Positions 18,176-31,129 of a stretch of 64,000 nucleotides of DNA are shown one piece after another. Location: the NCBI GenBank assembly GCA_900617105.1, contig UYFQ01000511.1:1-64000 (forward strand), in the 5' to 3' direction. The stretch comes from Hydrurus foetidus. Lineage: Eukaryota. Position 1 is the first letter of the stretch. Each line of letters starts with the position of its first letter. The notes beneath the pieces were generated by a model. It was not told where the DNA came from. It saw only the letters and a program-made list of their open reading frames with translations, and made no database searches. The translations under genes were made by a program, and so were the position numbers.

Positions 18176-21100
18176 AAGGGGGAAGTCTAGCCGGTTTAAC
18201 TGCTAGCTTATCACTAAATATGTCTGCATATTTAAGACAGAGTTGTCTAATAAGAAATTGTTGGTGTTCCGTTCCATCAATTTTTATCTGTGACAAAAAG
18301 TCCTCTGGCCCTGGAGGCGGAGCAGTCTGCTGAACGCGTTCAGGTAAGAATGGGCGAAATGTATCCGTCTTATCATTATCTATCTCGTCAGAAGAGATTA
18401 TGATACCACTAGGTGTTTCCACTGTAGTAGCTGTTGGAGTACCTTCTGGCATTTCACATAAATGTGCTAGGGTGTACGTACGAGTACGTATGACACCACT
18501 ATGGTTTGATACATAGTTACAACTGTTACGCGTAGGTTCGACCCCAGCGGCGTTTGGTTGACTAGAGCATCCGACATCAGAACAGTTAGCGACTCTGTTT
18601 GAGTCTATTTTGTGATAAGCCATGGTACTGTTACCAGAATGAGGACATACCAAATCATCCTTCTTGCCCACACATTCCGACGGAATGCACTCAGCAGATA
18701 AGAAAACTTTCATTCTTTCGAAGGAGTTCTCCATATTAGGCATCCCTATTTCGTAGGGAGTCTTCTCGAAGAAGTCATATTTCTTAAGAGTTGTTCGACC
18801 CAGAATTAAGTCGATGGTGTTTGGAATAATCCGCACCGTTAAGAAAATGGTATTAATTAATAAATTATGGGTGACAAAAGTCATTCCAATATCAATTACT
18901 TGGTCCCTAACATAACATGTGTTATCTAGACCCGAACATATAGTTAAAGCTTTAGAAGAAGTATAAACAAAATCTTGAGCATTTAAACTAATTACAAAAT
19001 CTTGACTAATAAAGTCGCCAGGGAGACTCCCGGTGTCGAGTAGGACCTTTGCCAGAACTCGTTCAGCCCTAAGGGTGGGATGGTGGTGGTTGTTGGGGCT
19101 GGTATGCACTTGGACCCGCACCCCGTCCTTGACTATACTTCGCTTGTTTTCTGTTTCTGCGTGTTTCTGCGTACTGTGCATTGTTAGCGGGGTCGTGTTG
19201 ACCGGGTAACGTAGGTACGGTAGCTCCTCCATTGTCAAAACGAGCACGCTTGTTGGGTAGTTGGAGCATCGAGTATCTAAACTCGGACACTGGTTTGACC
19301 AGGTAGCGGACAGCATGGTTTGGTAGTTGGGCTCCATCATCATAAGCTTCGAAGCCATATGAATGCCACATCTTACCCGCTGTTGAATCTTTCCATTGAA
19401 GGTGGAGTTCACTATGGTTGGCGTCTGTGCGAAACAGAACTGGACAGAGTCTGACTTCATGTCCAGTGTGACCGCATGAGCGACATGGGATTGGCGCTGG
19501 TTGCGGCAACAACTGAATTATTGATTCAGTTGTTGGTCTCCTCAGCACTGCTGCACTGGGTGAGGATGCATGTGCATGAGCATGTGCAGGTGCAGCAGAA
19601 GGTTGAGGGTTAGCTGGTGAGTTCGCCAGCGCTGACTTGAGGTAGACAGCGGCAGCGTAAGAACGCTGTTCAGGGATTATCGGTGTTCTGGCCTGCCGAG
19701 TCTCCTGCTCCTGGTATTTGCTAAACAGAGTATGAATAGCGGAGGTATCGCCATAATTAGCAACTCGTTCAACGAGCTTCCTAACATTGAAGATGCATTT
19801 ACCAAGACGAGTGAACGCTTGTTCCCACGTTTCGTTCGGTATAGGTTTACCCTCGTTGCCACGAGCCGCGAAATAGTCGCTTTTAAGCTGACTATCCGGT
19901 TTCAGTTTTTCTCGATCGTAACTATCAGTGCAGCATGCTGCGCCGGAGTGATCGGTTGGGTATTCTCATAGACCGTTGTTAACGCCTTGAGAGCCATGAA
20001 GGATTTTCTCTCAATGTCTGCGTTGGTGTAACAGAAAGAGATTTCAAGTCGTGAGAAGTTCTCAACGAGTGTTCTACCAATATCATTTCTGTCGCCAAAG
20101 TATTTGGTTATGATTTGGGCAGCCTGTTTGACTGTAACATGATTGTACCATGTTGAGTATTTGCTTGGAGGGATGAGAGTGAACTCTGGATCGCTCGCGA
20201 ACGCATACTGTACCACATAGGTGGCAGGGTTAACCACCACCTGGTGTACCAGGAAGTTCTCATGCCATTGATTGGCTTGGTTCTGAAACTGGGCAGCTTG
20301 TTCTCCAGTTATCTCTGGGGTATCAATGATGAATAACGGTTTCTGTAGGTTCAAACCGCCAGTCATTGTCTGCTTCAACGCCGTCGTAACCTGTTCCATA
20401 TTGTACTGAGGGTTCGGTTGTGGGTTGGGTACTACGTCGATGACGACGGGCGAGAGAGGTATCTGTCTCTGTTGCTCACGTGGTTTCTCACGTGGTACTC
20501 CATCGCTAACGATGGGTGCGACTGCTGCGTTAAGCAGGGTAGGATCGGGAACGCGAGGTTCAGGAGTCCGCGGTACAGCAATGACGCTGGATGAGCTCGA
20601 CGAGCTACTCGAAATCGACGGTTCGGTTTCAACAAGTTCCTGAAAAGGACTTTGGGCGTCGTATGGAATCTCTCCACACTCTTCTAGATCAGTCAGATGT
20701 TGATCAGAAGGAAAGGATTCCATGTCCATATCTCCCTCATCAGGGTTATCATCCGCATATGAAGCGGGTAAATCAGAATTTTCTTCCAAAGTTGAATTCT
20801 CATACTCCGACTCCATCAAGGGGTTTCTCCGCCTTGTTTGCGGGTTAGATCCACGCCGTAAAGGCTGAACAGGGTTCTTCTTCACCATAGGGTGAGTGTT
20901 TTCAGTCAATAATTCCACACGAAGTGTTGGAATTATATTCTGGAGATTTTCGTATAGAAAACTATCTCCCGACGCCTCGTAAGAAGCGTTTCCACGCTCA
21001 ACGGGATATAACCCCGGAACGTTTTTCTCTCTAAGTGGATTGCTTAGGTTTGACTCGGTTTGTTGAACCGGTGTGAATGTCGACTTATAAGTTGGTCGAG

Positions 21101-21539
21101 TTTGCAAAACAGAAACAGGCGTAACACTCAGAAATTCGTTGGTTTCCAACAAATTCGACAAGGTTTCGTGTTGAAACCTCGGTATACAGCGGAGCGAACT
21201 TGCTGGAAGTCGCTTCTCAACTGTTCTCGGTTTGAAAACCGGTCGACTTCGCTTAAAAGCTGAAGGTGCAGGGGTTACGCAAGAGAGTGCTGGGTGTGTG
21301 GAAGGAGTAGAGTAGTAATTAGAGGCGTTATAAAGCGATGAACTCGCGGTTTCTCTATCAAGAGAATGACGTAGGACTGTAGGAGCTACTGTCCACGGAC
21401 GTGGGTCGGTGAAAGTTGATGGATTAGACGGAGGATTGTCAGGCGGACGATCTGGATCGTCGTCGGCGTAGGTAATCTCCGGAGTTGGGCAGCGGTTTTC
21501 GAGTTCCTCTCGAATAGCACGTTGCTCCGCCAAAAACAA
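18168..21539 (-). pseudogene. G2 gag and protease (frame breaks at ~19905, ~19070, ~18175)
   Basis: CRSCGHTGHEVRLC knuckle; LLDTGSLPGDFIS and DLILGR protease motifs; start codon uncertain. Confidence 0.85.
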
Positions 21540-21677
21540 TCGATCTCTGAGTAGAGGGAACTCTGGAAAGTCCTCTTCACGAGGGATTTCTTAAACTTTC
21601 CAGCGAAGCACTGGAAGACGGCGAAAAACACGAATGAACACTAGGAAACTATAGAAGCTGGTGGGAAGTGACGTCAC

Positions 21678-21873
21678 TGTGGCCCTGAAGGAACTAGGCT
21701 AGAGGGCTAGGAGGTGTTGGGTTAGGCTTACAAAGGGGTTGTTGAACTATATATGAGCAGGGAAACATCCTACCAGGGTGCTAGGAGTCTACCTAGAAGT
21801 CTACAGTGTGTTTGGGTATGAACCCAAACAGACGGAATGGGGTCCAAGGTCCCGAGGGCCCCAGACGGCTACA
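21678..21873 (-). repeat. G2 5' LTR (196 bp)
   Basis: Identical direct repeat of 14857-15052. Confidence 0.95.
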
Positions 21874-21991
21874 ATAGCAAATTCTCAGCACAGTAGGCCT
21901 TCATTTCAGCCTCCGTTTCAAATGTCTGTTTTGCTACCCAATCAACTCCTACCCCTCTTCCAACAGGAGCTGGTTCTGCGTGCTCTTCCAT
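21874..21991 (-). pseudogene. MULE transposase N-terminus
   Basis: MEEHAEP...YCAENLL continues in frame as SRGRTNHNIGRRFTYLIC once G2 and one ATAG copy are removed. Confidence 0.75.
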
Positions 21992-22086
21992 TTTAAAATT
22001 TGCGAAATCTAGTGAGTATTCACTGATTACCTGAAGTAAGTCAAAGTTTGAAGGCTTTTCTGTCCGAATAAGTTGTCTGGTCACCA

Positions 22087-22440
22087 TTAAAGTTTTTTTA
22101 ATGAAATTAGTGTAAGGTGCTCTATAAAGTCGCCGATCCACCGGAATAGTCTTGATTCTCACACTAAAGTTCTCGATTCGTCGGAAATAGTTTTGACTCT
22201 GCTTTTAAAGTTTTTTATTTGAATTAGTAAGATATGTTTTATAAAGTCGCCGATTCACTGAAATAGTCTTGATTCTCACATTAAAGTTCTCGATTCGTCG
22301 GAAATAGTTTTGACTCTGCTTTTAAAGTTTTTTATTTGAATTAGTGTGATATGTTTTATAAAGTCGCCGATTCACTGAAATAGTCTTGATTCTCACATTA
22401 AAGTTCTCGATTCGTCGGAAAAAGTTTTGATTCTCTTTTT
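22087..22440. repeat. Three tandem copies of a 117-bp unit (probable MULE subterminal repeat)
   Basis: ATAAAGTCGCCGAT recurs at 22124, 22241 and 22358. Confidence 0.9.
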
Positions 22441-22496
22441 AAAAAGTTGTCCTTTATATTTGAGTCATTTTATTCTGCGGTCGTAATACCCCCTTG

Positions 22497-22601
<105 letters not shown>

Positions 22602-22777
22602 AGTTCCGTTCTCGAGAGGAATTGAATTTTTGATTTTTGGAGGAGTCTTCCACCGTTCCACGTTCCACGTTGAGGTCATCGATCGGATCATGTGTTAGCT
22701 GGAATACTGCCCGTTTCTTCGGAGACTCACTACAATATACTCGCGTCACCCACTTAACTGACCACCTTCTCGATCAA

Positions 22778-23592
22778 ATGAGCGCAGATGCACTTTCAGT
22801 CAACTCCCGGGCATTTTACGAGAGATCGAAGGGGAAACTGAACGTCTCCCTCGTCCTTGGAGCAGCGAGCATGATGTTGCTAGGATTTTGCTCAAACTCT
22901 GCGGGTCTGGTGAGTCCAGCCTCACGTCAATTACGTTTTAAAGCCGGGTCGTGGATTTTTAATTGGCCGTAAAATGTTCAATGATTCCTCTCGATATGAC
23001 TGAATTAAAAATTCAACCCTCCACAATCAATTAATTTTCACTCAGGCCGCTTCAAACACCGCCACAAGACTGTACCAAGAGGATGAAAGGAAAACTGCCG
23101 GCCTCATAAGGAGCGATGATTCAGATAAATATCTTAAAGCTCTTATCGCTGGATATGGTAATTGCCGCCTCACTGACTGATGTGTCTTGTACGAGAAGTT
23201 GCAGAAGCTGTTCTCTGATTCTTTTGAAGCTGTCCAGGAGACGCAGCATTACTCAGCATACAACTGTGAGAGCTGTTGGTGTCGTCAATATATTTGATAT
23301 TCTGCTCATTTCTTCGACCACTTCTAGGCTTCGCAGCTTTCGCCTTTATCCTAGGCTTCATTCTGCTTTTGGCGGCAGCGATTTATGCGTCACCCTTGAT
23401 GTGTGGCACGAACGATGAAAAGCGGATGATTCAGAAGCCCCAAGAAATGGATAGCGGTGGAGGTCAGAACTAATATTATGGATTGAGTATAACTTTCAAA
23501 CTTACTAACTGCTGTAACAAATTTAATTTGCAGTTGGTGCTTACGGCGTTGGACCGTACAACAGATCCAACCCCCAACAAGGCGGAGCATAA
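22778..23592 (+). CDS. Small (~145 aa) two-TM membrane protein of unknown function, 4 exons
   Basis: Exons 22778-22909, 23046-23157, 23328-23462, 23534-23592 join in frame via GT-AG introns; hydrophobic segments SLVLGAASMMLLGF and GFAAFAFILGFILLLAAAIY. Confidence 0.65.
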
Positions 23593-23951
23593 ATTTCTCT
23601 CAATTGCGTGCAAACTTGCTGCTTTGCAAATGCGAGTGGCTACCTTAATCTACACGTTCAGACAACGATAATGCATCCGCCGTCGACGCCAGACATGACG
23701 CACTAATGCGTTGACGAACGCACATTGTTACCTCAAGAGATAGGTCGTCGGAAATCAGAGTCTTTCTTGATAAATTTACATAGTTTGTGGGGACGTTACC
23801 AACTGTGCACTGCTTGGTATCGGTAGAATTCTGCGAGAGATCTAGTCAGGACCATCAAGTATTTGTCGCCACAGACGAACTGAGCGGAGTTGTCATTTAG
23901 TATTGATCAAGTGGAGAAGCATTAACTAATAAAAAGCTTAGTAAAAAGCAC

Positions 23952-26900
23952 TTAAACTGTCTTTTTTTTCTTGAGAGGAGAGGATTTGTTGAAGACGTTG
24001 GTCTTTACCTTCCCGAGAAATACTTTCATCTGAGCTATCGGATCTTTCTTTACAGCAGCATTTTCATCCCTTTCTGTTTTTTCCCGATATCCAGGAGCCT
24101 TCTTCGCCTCTTTAATTGCTGCATGTGCCCTTTTCGATTTTGCCTTACTTCCAACAATTTTCCCGTACTTGGTCTTTGGTCTACCAGTGGCTGGCCTCTT
24201 GGCGTTCTTGTCATTGTAGGTAGTATCAAGCTTGTAAGATGGTGTTTCATCATCGCCTGCGCTTTTCGGTTCTTCCTTCTTATAAGCCATTGAAAAATTA
24301 GTAGTTCTCGAAGATTCTTCACCCATTTTATACGTGTGCGGTTTCTTCTCACGGAAACTGTCTGCGTATCGTTTTTGTCTTCTCTTCAGTTTTGGTTCAC
24401 CCCCAGGAACTTTGCTGAAGGATTTCCTTCTTTCAGCACCCGATGCTTCCTTCCCATCCGATTTAGGTGATACTGGTCTCGAGGGTTTGTCGGTATTGGC
24501 GGATGATTTCGGCCTCATGGCTCTGATCTCTTCCTCCTTATCTTTGTCATCTCCAAAGTCGCCCGCATCAGCGTCAATATTTGTGTCGCCATTCGCAGAT
24601 TTTCTTCCGAATTTAATATCCCTCTTCTCCCTCCTTTCAGCTCGTTCAGGAGTGTTCTTTCTGGCTTTTTTAATAGTCGCCTTGGCGTGAGCTTTTATCG
24701 CATATTTTTCTTCTTCCTGTAAACCTTTCAGAGAAAGTAGTTGCTTTCTCTCTCCGTACTGCTTATCTAAACTGCCGCTTGTGTTGACTCTTTTGATGCG
24801 CATCTGCACAACAGTTGATTGTAAGGGAAGGCATGGAAGGGAGAGGTGCGGGAATATAGTCAAGGTTTATCGAAGAGAAAAATAAGCTATCTCATATATG
24901 ATGTGCGGTGACTTTATTTCAAAACAAAATATGTAAGCAGATTAGAAGTAGAAATAGTGCTTAAAGGTATATGTCGCAAATGCACTCTCATTTATTGTCG
25001 ATGGAGCCGAACCTTCTTCTGAGCTGCTGCGACCACGGTTTGCTCCCCAGATTCCCTACTGCTGACCCATGCTCCCCTCCCCAAACCCATGCCGTGCCTC
25101 TTCCTATCCATTTCATCCAACTCAGCTGCACTTGGAATTTGACTTACGCCGGGACTTAAGTTTTTCAGCGCACTTTTAACGGGATTCCAATTTTTAGGAG
25201 GGGTGGGTGGGGATTCAGGGGGGATTAAAGAGGGGTGGAGAAAAGATGGTGGCGCTCCACTATTGATTAAATTCAATCTTGTCATGGCGCTGCTTTTGCC
25301 TGATGGTACTGTTTTCAACGATCCTAGAGATGTGTTAGCGCGTCTGTCACTTTTCAGTAATTCTGCTTCATTTTTCTTCAATTCTGCTGCGCGTTCTGCC
25401 TTTGCTTCCCAACTGTCTGTCCCTCTAGCAGGTTTAGGAAAAGGATTGTAGGCCGGTCCCAACCCGTGAAAATCAAAATCAAAGTCAACATCATCCAGTT
25501 CAGGCGTGCTCTTTATTAAGGCGGACATTTTAGAGACCGATGGTGAGGTGTACTTCACTACCTCTCTTTCTATCTGTACTTCTTTCTCTGCTTCTTCCAC
25601 CTCAGCCACAGAGCCTTTGAAATCGCCAAACCCACCGAGAGTCGTCTGTTTCTCTGATCTGTCAGTATACTCTATCAGAACACCTTTTTTCTTAGACGGA
25701 TCTATGACTGTCTCATTCTTCCCTTTCCCCTTTCCTTCCCCTTTTTTGACTCTGCTGCTCACCCATGTGCCTCTCCCCACCGGCTGCTTATGTCTGGTGG
25801 TGTCTTTCATGGCCAGTGCTGCGTCCACGGTACCTCCAATTACCGTGAAGGATCGGTCCAGTTCGGCTAGATTATACGGTAAGAATGAGTTAGTGAATTG
25901 TGCAAAGTAATATGGAGGTGTTTACTGTGGTAGATCCATTGATAAGTGATTTGAGTAGTCAGCAATTATGATGAACCAAATTTAAGAATGGAGAATCTAC
26001 AGTCGTAGCGTAATAGAGGTTGTGGCTTCTCCACTGCTGCACTATCGTGATGTGTAGTGGGACCAGGAGGTGAAGGCATGTGTGATACGCAGCGAATGTC
26101 ACTGCAATCCAATACGACTAATGACTTGAAACAAGTACACACGCACACACACATTGCATTGATCACTCTAGGGACATCTATATCTAACCTGATACTTTGA
26201 AGTCAGAGGGCTTCCAAGCGCGAATAACTTTCTTTGGCGTTACATTCTCCTCGTTATTCCCTGAGCTTCTACCATCTTCTATACGGGCAGATCCAGCTGT
26301 AGCTGGTACCTCTTTTTTCATTATCAAAGTTGCTAGTTCTTTTTTCAGCTCTATTATTCCCCTATTGTCGAGACTGGAGATTGCGAGTATTGGAAGTGAA
26401 GTGTAGCCTATCCGGGGCAGGATTTCTTTTATCTGATTTGAATTCAAAGATGGGACATAATTACGTGATAATGTGATTGTGTCGTATGGAAGATGCAGAA
26501 GAAGAAGGTAGTATAAATCAGCGCTACACTTCGCACTCAATACATCGCGCGACACTTACTTTTTGCTTTAAAATTTGAATTCTTCTCGCAAGTTCAAATC
26601 TTTCTACTAAATCGCATTTAGTCAGCACTATTTGTAGCTTCCATTTCACCTCACTTAGCTTGTCCCCAGGGTAAATCGGCTGATCCCGGCCCTTAAGGGA
26701 TTGAAAATAGGTGTGTAAAAATGGGAAGATGAGAGGGAAGGTGAGAAGGGTCAGGGCGATAGAAGATGTGGAAGGTGAAGTGATTTGATTTTGTAAATAG
26801 AGAAGGGAATATGGATGAGTTGAGACGATGCGATGTGTATCGTCAGACGAAATGCAAGAGGATGAAGCAAGCAAACAAAAACAAACAGAAATAGAATAAA

Positions 26901-28412
26901 GAAATCACAATAATTACGAGTAGATATGAATTACCGATTTTTTCTCCCCACTTAGGCTGCTGGCAGTGGTAGAGAAAAGGTCTCTGAAGAATTGCTCATC
27001 ACCGGCTTTCAATCCATGTCTAGCGTCAAGAAGTAGAAGAACTCTCTTCAGGTTACTGCCCCTCTTCGTGAGATACAGCTTGGTTATTTCTTGACACCGA
27101 AGTATCTCGTCTGATTTCATGTACGCAAAGCCGAACCCAGGCATGTCCGTGATCACCAGAGCGGGTCCAGCCACAGGTGCCACCCCTTTGATAAGCCACA
27201 TTTAAATGGGTAGATGATAAGGCTGGTAAATATTGGTGTGACAAAGATGAAGTCTGGTCATTCCAAAATGTAGACAATTCAAATGATTATTCGTTTACTA
27301 GGTAAAGTGTTCTGATCGCTTCTATTAATGCATCATTATCAACAAGTCAGAGTATAAGTAAGCAAAGACATTCAAAGCAGCTGTAATGCATTGTATGTCA
27401 TGATGAATTATTTGTATGAAATACCTTCAGTGATGGTCCTAGGATCTTCATTCCGACCAACGCAGTAAAATTGCAAATGCTTTGTCTCTCCTGGTTTTTC
27501 TGATACGATAGCTTTGAGCAGCGGAGCTTCTTCAAGAGAAAGAAGAGTGTTTAGAAGAGTGCTTTTACCAACATTTGACCTACAGAGATTATTAATACAA
27601 ATACGGAAATTGTTAGGAAATACTGTTCGGAGTAAAAGTGCTATGATTCTGGTGAGAACGGTATGCTGGACACTTTACGATGATTAGTAGGAGAATGTCA
27701 GGGTAGGGATTTGTATACAGAGTACAGAAATGTCTAGCTGCATGATAATGCGTCCTCTGGGCCATGATTTGAGTTTGATAGTGCAGCTACTGAGGGAAAA
27801 ATCCGTCAAAGTCAATTGTCCGGCGATCATAAAGATGTGTTAAAACCAGCGAAGTAACCATCACTCTTCGAAGTAATCAATTTTCATCTATTCTCTGTCT
27901 CACACACTGCAACAATATGAGCATGCATTCTTCTCATCATGGGTTGTCTCACCTTCCTATGATTGCTATCTCCGGAGGGCTTCCAGGGAAAGAACGAGGA
28001 ACTGACTTCCAATCAGAAGCTTTGAAAAGAAATTTTCCCTCACGATTGAAGGGGTACGGGCTCTCAACTGTACGAGATATGATACGTTGGGACTGTTGTG
28101 AGGAAGTGCATCATGCGAATGGTAATTCAATACATCAGTACGATACAGTTCTCCGATAGATGTGTTGTAAGCTGAAATGATCAGTTATAACAAATTCGTA
28201 CAGAATAGCTATTATGGCACAGTTTCACCTCTTCGATTCAAAAGCGTATCAGAGTGAAGCCTGCCACGAATTCTGTTCCGACTGCGGAAATTTTCGAGTT
28301 TGTTGAACTTGTCGCTGTTTTCGAACTTCTTCGCAAGTGTTACTCTGGCTTTGCGTTTCGCCAAAAACCCTTTGGTTTGGTGATGGAATATTGCAGTGCG
28401 AAGAATATACAT
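23952..28412 (-). CDS. engB: EngB/YihA/YsxC-family ribosome biogenesis GTPase with long basic C-terminal extension, ~8 exons
   Basis: PEIAIIGRSNVGKSTLLN (G1, split by an intron), KPGET (G2), DMPGFGF (G3), LLDARH, LTKCD (G4); downstream exons join in frame; start codon tentative. Confidence 0.85.
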
Positions 28413-29117
28413 CGATTGCTATCAACATTATTTGGAATTTCAAACTTGGCCATAGCATTCAAATCGCTCAAAATTTTGTGGGAGAGCAGATGTATCATAA
28501 GCGACTCAGCTCTAGGTACTTGTCGATCACAGCTATAGCAAGAACGTTTAGCAACGGTGATTTATTCATGCACATGCATACCTAAATGTAAGGCGTCTAA
28601 ATGGTCGACGACTCTTCGGTCGAGTGATACAGCATTGAACAGCTTCCTTTTGCTTAAAGGGTTCATCACTACAATCTTCGCTATCTGCCGACTAAGATAA
28701 CCTCACCAAACGAGTTACAGGACTATTCTCGTGAAGCGGTGCCTTCACCATGCACATCACATTGACATCCAGAGGTCCACCAGTGAACGCATAAATCTGT
28801 ATGCTGTGTCGATGAGGTTATGGTGGTGGTGATGGATGATGGATGATGGAACACTGCGATGGGAGATGGCATAAGAAGTTTTCACGGTTTTTGTTTAGAT
28901 CGCATTTCCGGAAATCTTTCACCATTCAATCCGCCGCTTGTTCTTCTCGCGCCTGATTGGTTGATCTGATTTCATATCTCGATCTCCAGTCTCAACTGTC
29001 TCTGACCTCCTCTTCAACCTTCGCCTCTCCGGTCGATACCCACACGGACACCTTGTAGCTTGTTACCACGGAATACATTTGAGAATTATTTCCAATTGAA
29101 TTCGATAAGTAGATCTC

Positions 29118-30831
29118 ATGTCTCTTTTCAACTTTGTCTTCTCATGTGTCTGGGTAGCAGTATCTATTACATCTTCACAAGCATGGCTGCAAGTTGGACA
29201 GCTCAAAAGTTGTGGACTATCCGCTCGATCATCATTTCAATTGAAAAGTACTGCCGCAGCTGGGGAAGGCTTCGGCCAATATAAAAGAGAGAAGGGTGGC
29301 AAAAGTAACAGATCAACTAGTAAAGCGAAGGGATTCTCGAAACCATGGGATAAAGTGGAGCCATTGATCCCTGTCATTACTGGTGATATGTCTTGTGCAT
29401 GCAATTCGGGCAGAATTTATCAGGAATGCTGCGAACTGCATCACATGAACGTTTTTGGAGTTCATTCTGCTATGAACGGTGAGGAGGCTGTAGACACGCA
29501 ACTAGCTGTAGGCTCGCCAGAAGGAATACTACGTGCTCGTTACACAGGTGACAAATACTGCGTACAATGCTGTCATTCAAAGTTACTTAATTGTGTGCTT
29601 TACTATGGCATTGAATTCTGTAAAGCTATTCGTGTGTAGTGGGACTTCAGTAAGTTTTGTCGATCAGAAATCGCCTGCTATCAGCATGCCTCCTTCGAAA
29701 AATTCTCCATTAGTTTGCCTTGAATTATTGCCTACATGTTTCTCATACTTTAATAGCGATTTGAACTATTATCTTCGACAATGGTACAACGACCACATGA
29801 CGACTTCAGAGAATAACACCGCAGTTAACTAATCTGATGCTGAACTCCTATCTCTTTGATTAAAACTCACCATCCCATTTATGCACTATACACCAGCTTA
29901 CAAGCACGGTAACTCGGATTATATTATTGATTCCACGCATCCTACCAGCGAGGACTACTTGAAGTTTGTTGAGGAAGCGCAAGCGAGTCTCAAGAGCGGC
30001 AAAACAAGGTAAAGTCTGACTCAGATCTGTACTCTAGACTGATTTCGCGGAGCGGGAATTTACCAGCTCATCTTTTTCGTCGTACGAACTTTTGAAATAT
30101 TTAGATGGGCGAAGGATATTCTTCAAATGTCTGAGGAGTACGACTATTTAGGACTTGAAATAGTCAACTCGAAAATATCCAAAAATAAAGAGCGTGCGAC
30201 AGTGTTATTTAGAGCTTTGTTCAAGAAGGGAAATGCCTATATGGCTGTTGAGGAGAACGCCATCTTTCTTCGCTTTCAAGGAGAGATTAAAGAGGGATTT
30301 TCAGGAAGGACTGTGTATAGCAAAGACGGAAAGAACCCGATAAATACTGCCCCTGTCTCTGACAAATTTGACTCGGCGCCCAGTACGAGCAACAAGTGGT
30401 CCAACGCAGGCGGAGACTCATCGGTAGCACCACTGGAAACCAAGAAAAGCGCTGATACTGTCAGGTAAATGTTTCCGCGAGATATCTGTCTTAAATCAGA
30501 GACCTCTGCTAGTTATCTGTTATCTGATATTTACTGGATCAAATCCATTTAATCTACACCTAGATGGCTTTACTTCGATTCGGAGACAACTGAGCCGGAA
30601 GAAGAGATTGCTCGTAAGATGGTCGAAGAGTGGCCTCTGCGCCCAGAGAACGACAAGAATAGCGATGGCAGAAACAAGGGCAAAGCAGAGGAGAAGGAAG
30701 AAGTCCAAGCAGTGGGCAGTTCAGCCCCAGCGGAAGTGAGTAAGAACTTAAAGAGACCCCCTCTCAGACGGTCTAGTGCAGGCCTCAAGGCAGAGGTCAG
30801 AGCTATCCCCATGGGCAAGGGCCGAGCATAA
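29118..30831 (+). CDS. SEC-C motif / YchJ (UPF0225)-like protein, probably organelle-targeted, 4 exons
   Basis: Hydrophobic N-terminus; CACNSGRIYQECC; PEGILRARYTAY; DYIIDSTHP; ATVLFRA; ENAIF; WLYFD. Confidence 0.82.
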
Positions 30832-31129
30832 GGTGGCCGCGTTGCTTTGCTGAGGGGCTGTCGCAATTCTTTTTACATTGGAAATTCTATGTTCGATAGT
30901 CTGATAGTTGTTTTGTTTGCTCGTTTGCGACGAGTTTTTTATATCTAATTTGTTTATAAGGCATCTGACAGATGAGATGAAAAGGGACGCAGTCTTCATT
31001 TCAGATGAACAAAGTCGGGGGAGAAAGTATTCTGAATTTAAAGGTTTTGTGTTACTTATGCAGAAGTCACATCGAAATATTTTTCGTCACGAATAATTTT
31101 TTGCAGCATCGTAGATGAGTGCTACATAT

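Larger units (their letters stand above)
14857..21873 (-). mobile_element. Ty3/gypsy chromodomain LTR retrotransposon with both LTRs (element G2)
   Basis: Identical 196-bp LTRs, 4-bp TSD ATAG (14853-14856 and 21874-21877), PPT, and gag-PR-RT-RH-IN-chromo order. Confidence 0.97.
4833..22493 (-). mobile_element. Mutator/MULE DNA transposon, decayed, hosting two LTR retrotransposon insertions
   Basis: Transposase pieces re-join across both TSDs; 117-bp subterminal repeats lie upstream of the ATG. Both ends are approximate because a second TIR is not visible. Confidence 0.7.
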
